Shown here one piece after another: positions 54,201-64,000 of a stretch of DNA of 64,000 bases (positions are counted from its first letter, which is position 1; each line of letters opens with the position of its first letter). Below the pieces are notes generated by a model. It ran no database searches. It was not told the origin of the DNA and saw only the letters and a program-made list of their open reading frames with translations. This DNA is from Eledone cirrhosa (lineage: Eukaryota), in the NCBI GenBank assembly GCA_964016885.1, contig OZ024766.1, positions 17,174,001-17,238,000 of the forward strand. The letters are read 5' to 3'. Both the position numbers and the translations under genes were made by a program.

Positions 54201-57200
54201 CAACCCTGTAATAATTGTTTCTACTTTTGGGGGCACAAGGCCAGCAATTACACCAGTGTATTACTGGTACTTTATTTTATCGACCCTGTAATAATTGTTT
54301 CTACTTTTGGGGGCACAAGGCCAGCAATTACCCCAGTGTATTACTGGTACTTTATTTTATCAACCCTGTAATAACTGTTTCTACTTTAGGCACAAGGCCA
54401 GCAATAACCCCAGTGTATTACTGGTACTTTATTTTATCGACCCTGTAATAATTGTTTCTACTTTTGGGGGCACAAGGCCAGCAATTACCCCAGTGTATTA
54501 CTGGTACTTTATTTTATCGACCCTGTAATAATTGTTTCTACTTTTGGGGGCACAAGGCCAGCAATTACCCCAGTGTATTACTGGTACTTTATTTTATCAA
54601 CCCTGTAATAACTGTTTCTACTTTAGGCACAAGGCCAGCAATTACACCAGTGTATTACTGGTACTTTATTTTATCGACCCTGTAATAATTGTTTCTACTT
54701 TTGGGGGCACAAGGCCAGCAATTACCCCAGTGTATTACTGGTACTTTATTTTATCAACCCTGTAATAACTGTTTCTACTTTAGGCACAAGGCCAGCAATA
54801 ACCCCAGTGTATTACTGGTACTTTATTTTATCGACCCTGTAATAATTGTTTCTACTTTTGGGGGCACAAGGCCAGCAATTACCCCAGTGTATTACTGGTA
54901 CTTTATTTTATCGACCCTGTAATAACTGTTTCTACTTTTGGGGGCACAAGGCCAGCAATTACCCCAGTGTATTACTGGTACTTTATTTTATCGACCCTGT
55001 AATAATTGTTTCTACTTTTGGGGGCACAAGGCCAGCAATTACACCAGTGTATTACTGGTACTTTATTTTATCGACCCTGTAATAATTGTTTCTACTTTTG
55101 GGGGCACAAGTCCAGCAAATACCCCAGTGTATTACTGGTACTTTATTTTATCGACCCTGTAATAATTGTTTCTACTTTTGGGGGCACAAGGCCAGCAATT
55201 ACCCCAGTGTATTACTGGTACTTTATTTTATCAACCCTGTAATAACTGTTTCAACTTTAGGCACAAGGCCAGCAATTACACCAGTGTATTACTGGTACTT
55301 TATTTTATCGACCCTGTAATAATTGTTTCTACTTTTGGGGGCACAAGGCCAGCAATTACCCCAGTGTATTACTGGTACTTTATTTTATCAACCCTGTAAT
55401 AACTGTTTCTACTTTAGGCACAAGGCCAGCAATTACACCAGTGTATTACTGGTACTTTATTTTATCGACCCTGTAATAATTGTTTCTGCTTTTGGGGGCA
55501 CAAGACCAGCAATTACCCCAGTGTATTACTGGTACTTTATTTTATCGACCCTGTAATAATTGTTTCTACTTTTGGGGGCACAAGGCCAGCAATTACCCCA
55601 GTGTATTACTGGTACTTTATTTTATCAACCCTGTAATAATTGTTTCTACTTTTGGGGGCACAAGGCCAGCAATTACACCAGTGTATTACTGGTACTTTAT
55701 TTTATCGACCCTGTAATAATTGTTTCTACTTTTGGGGGCACAAGGCCAGCAATTACACCAGTGTATTACTGGTACTTTATTTTATCGACCCTGTAATAAT
55801 TGTTTCTACTTTTGGGGGCACAAGGCCAGCAATTACCCCAGTGTATTACTGGTACTTTATTTTATCAACCCTGTAATAACTGTTTCTACTTTAGGCACAA
55901 GGCCAGCAATAACCCCATGTATTAACTGGTACTTTATTTTATCGACCCTGTAATAATTGTTTCTACTTTTGGGGGCACAAGGCCAGCAATTACCCCAGTG
56001 TATTACTGGTACTTTATTTTATCGACCCTGTAATAACTGTTTCTACTTTTGGGGGCACAAGGCCAGCAATTACCCCAGTGTATTACTGGTACTTTATTTT
56101 ATCGACCCTGTAATAATTGTTTCTACTTTTGGGGGCACAAGGCCAGCAATTACCCCAGTGTATTACTGGTACTTTATTTTATCGACCCTGTAATAACTGT
56201 TTCTACTTTTGGGGGCACAAGTCCAGCAATAACCCCAGTGTATTACTGGTACTTTATTTTATCGACCCTGTAATAACTGTTTCTACTTTTGGGGGCACAA
56301 GGCCAGCAATTACCCCAGTGTATTACTGGTACTTTATTTTATCGACCCTGTAATAATTGTTTCTACTTTTGGGGGCACAAGGCCAGCAATTACCCCAGTG
56401 TATTACTGGTACTTTATTTTATCGACCCTGTAATAACTGTTTCTACTTTTGGGGGCACAAGGCCAGCAATTACCCCAGTGTATTACTGGTACTTTATTTT
56501 ATCGACCCTGTAATAATTGTTTCTACTTTTGGGGGCACAAGGCCAGCAATAACTCCAGTGTATTACTGGTACTTTATTTTATCGACCCTGTAATAACTGT
56601 TTCTACTTTTGGGGGCACAAGGCCAGCAATTACCCCAGTGTATTACTGGTACTTTATTTTATCGACCCTGTAATAATTGTTTCTACTTTTGGGGGCACAA
56701 GGCCAGCAATTAACCCAGTGTATTACTGGTACTTTATTTTATCAACCCTGTAATAACTGCTTCTACTTTAGGCACAAGGCCAGCAATTACCCCAGTGTAT
56801 TACTGGTACTTTATTTTATCGACCCTGTAATAATTGTTTCTACTTTTGGGGGCACAAGGCCAGCAATTACCCCAGTGTATTACTGGTTCTTTATTTTATC
56901 GACCCTGTAATAATTGTTTCTACTTTTGGGGGCACAAGGCCAGCAATTACCCCAGTGTATTACTGGTACTTTATTTTATCGACCCTGTAATAATTGTTTC
57001 TACTTTTGGGGGCACAAGGCCAGCAAATATCCCCAGTGTATTACTGGTACTTTATTTTATCGACCCTGTAATAATTGTTTCTACTTTTGGGGGCACAAGG
57101 CCAGCAATTACCCCAGTGTATTACTGGTACTTTATTTTATCAACCCTGTAATAACTGTTTCTACTTTAGGCACAAGGCCAGCAATAACCCCAGTGTATTA

Positions 57201-57480
57201 CTGGTACTTTATTTTATCAACCCTGTAATAATTGTTTCTACTTTTGGGGGCACAAGGCCAGCAATTACCCCAGTGTATTACTGGTACTTTATTTTATCAA
57301 CCCTGTAATAACTGTTTCTACTTTTGGGGGCACAAGGCCAGCAATTACCCCAGTGTATTACTGGTACTTTATTTTATCGACCCCGTAAGGATGAAAGACA
57401 AAGTCAACCTCGGTGGTTATAATAATAATAATAATAATAATTGTTTCTACTTTAGGCACAAGGCCAGCAATTACCCAGTG
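51228..57480. repeat. 80/77-bp minisatellite amplified from a SINE segment (~77 copies)
   Basis: Unit ataattgtttctacttttgggggcacaaggccagcaattaccccagtgtattactggtactttattttatcgaccctgta. The last unit continues into the SINE core (ccccgtaaggatgaaagacaaagtcaacctcgg), as at 35365-35480. Confidence 0.93.
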
Positions 57481-57499
57481 CATTAATAATAATAATAAT

Positions 57500-58050
57500 G
57501 ATGCTTGCTTTATTAACCACAAGGGTTTACGCAAAGTAGACATTAAGGACAGTACAGGACAAAACAGGACGGTACAAATGGGCATTTCTGCGTGTAAAAA
57601 AAAAACAAAAAAAAACAGAGGATGTAACAAAAAAAGAAACAATGAAAAATTCCCCAATAGGGGGGGGGGACCTCCGAGGGACATTCGTGGAGAAAGCCCA
57701 TTAAAAAAAAAGCCACAGTGACCCTGACCACCAGGGCAAGTGCCCTCTCCCAGTTTTCCACCTTTAATTTACAGACACATACTCAGAGTAGGTCCATTCA
57801 CTCGGGCCATACTTGCTTCTCTTACCCATCTTTCAACAAAATGCTGGGAAGAGAGCACTTCCCTCTCTACCCTGATTTTCCTTTTCAAATGAAATTTGAA
57901 AAAGTTAATCAGGGCATCACCGAAGAGGTAAGTGCTCGTCTTCAGCCCTTTCAAACGCGTCCACCATACTATCTCTTTCGCCATGGCCACCAGAGAGATA
58001 AAAACTGCCTGCCCTTCCCGGCTAAAGGAAGAGGGCGGGGCAATCCACAC
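57500..58050 (-). mobile_element. 5'-truncated Tx1/L1-type LINE of a related family
   Basis: Encodes EGQAVFISLVAMAKEIVWWTRLKGL...ERWVREASMARVNGPTLSMCL*. The 3'UTR has cccctattgggg and aataaa. Confidence 0.85.
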
Positions 58051-58234
58051 CATAATGACATTGTGTACAGTGCTCAGGTGCACCACAACTCATCAAAGGT
58101 GCATGTATAGTACATAGAATAATGTAGAAATGTCAGGCAAGTAAACAGTGTAGGAGTCATGATAGACATCTGTGTTGGAATCTGGTGTATATATGAGAGA
58201 GAGAGAGATGGGGGGGGGGCATTGGGGGAGGGGG

Positions 58235-61200
58235 GCCATGACAGTGGGAGTTTGGTTCCTCTGTGTTGGGAGATCTGGTGGGATATGAGAAAGAGAGAGG
58301 GGGAGGCCATGACAGTGGGAGTTTGGTTCCTCTGTGTTGGGAGATCTGGTGCGATACGAGAAAGAGAGAGGGGGTCTAAAGAAAGAGAGGGGGAGGCCAT
58401 GACAGTGGGAGTTTGGTTCCTCTGTGTTGGGAGATCTGGTGGGATATGAGAAAGAGAGAAGGGGAGGCCATGACAGTGGGAGTTTGGTTCCTCTGTGTTG
58501 GGGGATCTGGTGGGATATGAGAAAGAGAGAGGGGGAGGCCATGACAGTGGGAGTTTGGTTCCTCTGTGTTGGGAGATCTGGTGGGATATGAGAAAGAGAG
58601 AGGGGGGTCTAAAGAAAGAGGGGGGGAGGCCATGACAGTGGGAGTTTGGTTCCTCTGTGTTGGGAGATCTGGTGGGATATGAGAAAGAGAGAGGGGGTCT
58701 AAAGAAAGAGAGGGGGAGGCCATGACAGTGGGAGTTTGGTTCCTCTGTGTTGGGAGATCTGGTGGGATATGAGAGAGAGAGAGGGGGAGGCCATGACAGT
58801 GGGAGTTTGGTTCCTCTGTGTTGGGAGATCTGGTGGGATATGAGAGAGAGAGAGAGGGGGTCTAAAGAAAGAGAGGGGCAGGCCATGACAGTGGGAGTTT
58901 GGTTCCTCTGTGTTGGGAGATCTGGTGGGATATGTGAAAGAGAGAGGGGGAGGCCATGACAGTGGGAGTTTGGTTCCTCTGTGTTGGGAGATCTGGTGGG
59001 ATATGAGAAAGAGAGAGGGGGGTCTAAAGAAAGAGAGGGGGAGGCCATGACAGTGGGAGTTTGGTTCCTCTGTGTTGGGAGATCTGGTGGGATATGAGAA
59101 AGAGAGAGGGGGGTCTAAAGAAAGAGAGGGGCAGGCCATGACAGTGGGAGTTTTGTTCCTCTGTGTTGGGAGATCTGGTGGGATATGAGAAAGAGAGAGA
59201 GGGTCTAAAGAAAGAGAAGGGGAGGCCATGACAGTGGGAGTTAGGTTCCTCTGTGTTGGGAGATCTGGTGGGATATGAGAGAGAGAGGGGGAGGCCATGA
59301 CAGTGGGAGTTTGGTTCCTCTGTGTTGGGAGATCTGGTGGGATATGAGAGAGAGAGAGGGGGAGGCCATGACAGTGGGAGTTTGGTTCCTCTGTGTTGGG
59401 AGATCTGGTGGGATATGAGAAAGAGAGAGGGGGGTCTAAAGAAAGAGAGGGGGAGGCCATGACAGTGGGAGTTTGGTTCCTCTGTGTTGGGAGATCTGGT
59501 GGGATATGAGAGAGAGAGGGGGAGGCCATGACAGTGGTAGTTTGGTTCCTCTGTGTTGGGAGATCTGGTGGGATATGTGAAAGAGAGAGGGGGAGGCCAT
59601 GACAGTGGGAGTTTGGTTCCTCTGTGTTGGGAGATCTGGTGGGATATGAGAAAGAGAGAGGGGGGTCTAAAGAAAGAGAGGGGCAGGCCATGACAGTGGG
59701 AGTTTGGTTCCTCTGTGTTGGGAGATCTGGTGGGATATGAGAGAGAGAGAGAGGGGGTCTAAAGAAAGAGAGGGGCAGGCCATGACAGTGGGAGTTTTGT
59801 TCCTCTGTGTTGGGAGATCTGGTGGGATATGAGAAAGAGCGAGAGGGTCTAAAGAAAGAGAAGGGGAGGCCATGACAGTGGGAGTTTGGTTCCTCTGTGT
59901 TGGGAGATCTGGTGGGATATGAGAGAGAGAGGGGGAGGCCATGACAGTGGGAGTTTGGTTCCTCTGTGTTGGGAGATCTGGTGGGATATGAGAAAGAGAG
60001 AGGGGGGTCTAAAGAAAGAGAGGGGGAGGCCATGACAGTGGGAGTTTGGTTCCTCTGTGTTGGGAGATCTGGTGGGATATGAGAGAGAGAGGGGGAGGCC
60101 ATGACAGTGGTAGTTTGGTTCCTCTGTGTTGGGAGATCTGGTGGGATATGTGAAAGAGAGAGGGGGAGGCCATGACAGTGGGAGTTTGGTTCCTCTGTGT
60201 TGGGAGATCTGGTGGGATATGAGAAAGAGAGAGGGGCGTCTAAAGAAAGAGAGGGGGAGGCCATGACAGTGGGAGTTTGGTTCCTCTGTGTTGGGAGATC
60301 TGGTGGGATATGAGAAAGAGAGAGAGGGGGTCTAAAGAAAGAGAGGGGCAGGCCATGACAGTGGGAGTTTGGTTCCTCTGTGTTGGGAGATCTGGTGGGA
60401 TATGAGAAAGAGAGAGGGGGGTCTAAAGAAAGAGAGGGGCAGGCCATGACAGTGGGAGTTTGGTTCCTCTGTGTTGGGAGATGTGGTGGGATATGAGAAA
60501 GAGAGAGGGGGAGGCCATGACAGTGGGAGTTTGGTTCCTCTGTGTTGGGAGATGTGGTGGGATATGAGAAAGAGAGAGGGGGTCTAAAGAAAGAGAGGGG
60601 GAGGCCATGACAGTGGGAGTTTGGTTCCTCTGTGTTGGGAGATCTGGTGGGATATGAGAGAGAGAGAGGGGGTGTAAAGAAAGAGAGGGGGAGGCCATGA
60701 CAGTGGGAGTTTGGTTCCTCTGTGTTGGGAGATCTGGTGGGATATGAGAGAGAGAGAGGGGGAGGCCATGACAGTGGGAGTTTGGTTCCTCTGTGTTGGG
60801 AGATCTGGTGGGATATGAGAAAGAGAGAGGGGCGTCTAAAGAAAGAGAGGGGGAGGCCATGACAGTGGGAGTTTGGTTCCTCTGTGTTGGGAGATCTGGT
60901 GGGATATGAGAAAGAGAGAGAGGGGGTCTAAAGAAAGAGAGGGGCAGGCCATGACAGTGGGAGTTTGGTTCCTCTGTGTTGGGAGATCTGGTGGGATATG
61001 AGAAAGAGAGAGGGGGGTCTAAAGAAAGAGAGGGGCAGGCCATGACAGTGGGAGTTTGGTTCCTCTGTGTTGGGAGATGTGGTGGGATATGAGAAAGAGA
61101 GAGGGGGAGGCCATGACAGTGGGAGTTTGGTTCCTCTGTGTTGGGAGATGTGGTGGGATATGAGAAAGAGAGAGGGGGTCTAAAGAAAGAGAGGGGGAGG

Positions 61201-62080
61201 CCATGACAGTGGGAGTTTGGTTCCTCTGTGTTGGGAGATCTGGTGGGATATGAGAGAGAGAGAGGGGGTGTAAAGAAAGAGAGGGGGAGGCCATGACAGT
61301 GGGAGTTTGGTTCCTCTGTGTTGGGAGATCTGGTGGGATATGAGAGAGAGAGAGGGGGAGGCCATGACAGTGGGAGTTTGGTTCCTCTGTGTTGGGAGAT
61401 CTGGTGGGATATGAGAAAGAGAGAGGGGGGTCTAAAGAAAGAGAGGGGGAGGCCATGACAGTGGGAGTTTGGTTCCTCTGTGTTGGGAGATCTGGTGGGA
61501 TATGAGAAAGAGAGAGGGGGTCTAAAGAAAGAGAGGGGCAGGCCATGACAGTGGGAGTTTGGTTCCTCTGTGTTGGGAGATCTGGTGGGATATGAGAAAG
61601 AGAGAGAGGGGCAGGCCATGACAGTGGGAGTTTGGTTCCTCTGTGTTGGGAGATCTGGTGGGATATGAGAGAGAGAGAGGGTGTCTAAAGAAAGAGAGGG
61701 GCAGGCCATGACAGTGGGAGTTTGGTTCCTCTGTGTTGGGAGATCTGGTGGGATATGAGAAAGAGAGAGGGGGAGGCCATGACAGTGGGAGTTTGGTTCC
61801 TCTGTGTTGGGAGATCTGGTGGGATATGAGAGAGAGAGAGGGGGTCTAAAGAAAGAGAGGGGCAGGCCATGTCAGTGGGAGTTTGGTTCCTCTGTGTTGG
61901 GAGATCTGGTGGGATATGAGAAAGAGAGAGGGGGGTCTAAAGAAAGAGAGGGGCAGGCCATGACAGTGGGAGTTTGGTTCCTCTGTGTTGGGAGATCTGG
62001 TGGGATATGAGAAAGAGAGAGAGGGGGTCTAAAGAAAGAGAGGGGGAGGCCATGACAGTGGGAGTTTGGTTCCTCTGTGT
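58235..62080. repeat. G-rich minisatellite with ~70-bp and ~90-bp unit variants
   Basis: Core ggccatgacagtgggagtttggttcctctgtgttgggagatctggtgggatatgaga(ga)n, with or without gggggtctaaagaaagag. Confidence 0.93.
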
Positions 62081-62151
62081 TCAAACCTGGTATATATATG
62101 TGTGTGTGGGTGACTAATATAAGAATTATACGATAGGATACTTCTACTCAC

Positions 62152-62268
62152 CTACACAGTATTTGTTCATAAACAGTTGGTATCCTCTAGCACAAGAGCA
62201 GAAATAGGAACCTATTGTGTTCGTACATTCCTGGTCACATATATTTCGGTATTGGCACTCATCTATAT
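62152..62268 (-). CDS. Ca-binding EGF domain exon (117 nt, phase 1-1)
   Basis: ttttccacag|AT...GTAG|gtgagt. Encodes [39 protein letters not shown], the cbEGF consensus with 6 Cys. Confidence 0.92.
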
Positions 62269-62454
62269 CTGTGGAAAAAGAAAAAGGGATAAATAAATAT
62301 TGCATACATATGTAGGGACCTACATTCCGCGGCCTCATATACATTCTCCGTGTGTTGTTTGGCTCAGCTCAGCCAATCGCGGCCATCATAGGCGTATGTA
62401 TCTCTACGCACGCCCTGAGGGGGAAAAATTCCCACGTCAGCTCAAAAAATCTCT

Positions 62455-63143
62455 GTTGCAGTTTGACCCCACTAAGGTAAACAACTATCTTTCTTTCGCC
62501 GTGAAATCACGTGCCAATATGTAACACAACAATATAACCACGGCCTGGTAACACTTCAGCCAGTAGACCGTGCCTTCTAGAAATCTCTCTCTTGCAGCTT
62601 GACCCCACTAAGGTAAACAACTAACTTTCTTTCGCCGTGAAATCTCGGGCCAATATGTAACACAACAATATAACCACGGCCTGGTAACACTTCAGCCAGT
62701 AGACCGTGCCTTCTAGAAATCTCTCTCTTACAGCTTGACCCCATTAAGGTAAACAACTAACTTTCTTTCGCCGTGAAATCTCGGGCCAATATGTAACACA
62801 ACAATATAACCACGGCCTGGTAACACTTCAGCCAGTAGACCGTGCCTTCTAGAAATCTCTCTCTTACAGCTTGACCCCATTAAGGTAAACAACTAACTTT
62901 CTTTCGCCGTGAAATCTCGGGCCAATATGTAACACAACAATATAACCACGGCCTGGTAACACTTCAGCCAGTAGACCGTGCCTTCTAGAAATCTCTCTCT
63001 TGCAGCTTGACCCCATTAAGGTAAACAACTAACTTTCTTTCGCCGTGAAATCACTGGCCAATATGTAACACAATATAACCACGGCCTGGTAACACTTCAG
63101 CCAGTAGACCGTGCCTTCTAGAAATCTCTCTCTTGCTGCTTGA
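62455..63143. repeat. 136-bp tandem repeat, ~5 copies
   Basis: gacccca(c/t)taaggtaaac starts at 62465, 62601, 62737, 62873 and 63009. Confidence 0.92.
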
Positions 63144-63389
63144 ACACCGAAGGATGAACACAAACAATATGTAACAGTGAGATTTGCACTTTGGCCTGTC
63201 GGCCTTCCTTTGGCCTGGCACAATGCCATATCCTGGCACAATGCCATATTCCTTTTGTAACCCTTTTTTGTTTAACTTCAACTATACAACTAAACAAACA
63301 TTCCTTTGTGCTACAACACTTAAACATACAATTCTTCTCTTATTTCGTCTGTTAACATCATTATTATGTTACTCATGTCTCAATTTATA

Positions 63390-63500
63390 GTGTACAGTGC
63401 TCAGGTGCACTACAACTCATCAAAGGTGTATGTATAGTACATAGGATAATGTACAAATGTCAGGAAAACGAACAGTGCATGAGTCATGATATACATGTGT
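63390..63500. repeat. Dispersed repeat shared with 58062-58165
   Basis: tgtacagtgctcaggtgcac.acaactcatcaaaggtg.atgtatagtacatag occurs at both sites. Confidence 0.75.
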
Positions 63501-63619
63501 GCATGTGTATGGAAGGGGGACAACAGGTGTAGTTTTGGCGAATTTCGGGAAGAATGAGGATAGTACAGAAATACCCATCGAAATGGCTTGAGCTCTGCCG
63601 TCGGGGTCATACTTTTTCC

Positions 63620-64000
<381 letters not shown>

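Noticed and set aside
62330-63330. Coding exon or transposase within and around the 136-bp repeat
   Set aside because: No recognisable motif is present and the 136-bp unit breaks frame. It cannot be assigned without a database search.

Overview
This is repeat-dense eukaryotic genomic DNA. The SINE/LINE repertoire and microsatellite style suggest an octopus or other cephalopod (inference). Three minus-strand spliced genes can be rebuilt from splice signals and homology: the last two exons of a Ca-binding EGF-repeat gene (62268-62152, 51101-50866); TMEM11 (exon 1 43496-43474, exon 2 26611-25561, with a ~190-aa Thr/Ser/Asp-rich insertion); and the m6A demethylase ALKBH5 (15872-14875, 8256-8176, 1207-232). 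Introns and intergenic DNA are filled with minisatellites (48, 72, 80, 87, 136 bp and others, several derived from SINE/LINE pieces), microsatellites, Tx1/RTE LINE fragments and one intact two-ORF Tx1/L1-type LINE (28130-33780). Main observations: (1) a cluster of type I minimal hammerhead ribozyme motifs in the TMEM11 intron, with covarying stems; (2) four extra tandem copies of the catalytic 3' part of ALKBH5 exon 1, three with a TGG>TAG change that creates a potential acceptor and out-of-frame poison exon, and two with HxD>HxN; (3) a tail-less Tx1 family that appears to target TC/TA microsatellite junctions; (4) a twin-priming-type inversion in an RTE-like LINE. Most long ORFs in the track are translated simple repeats.
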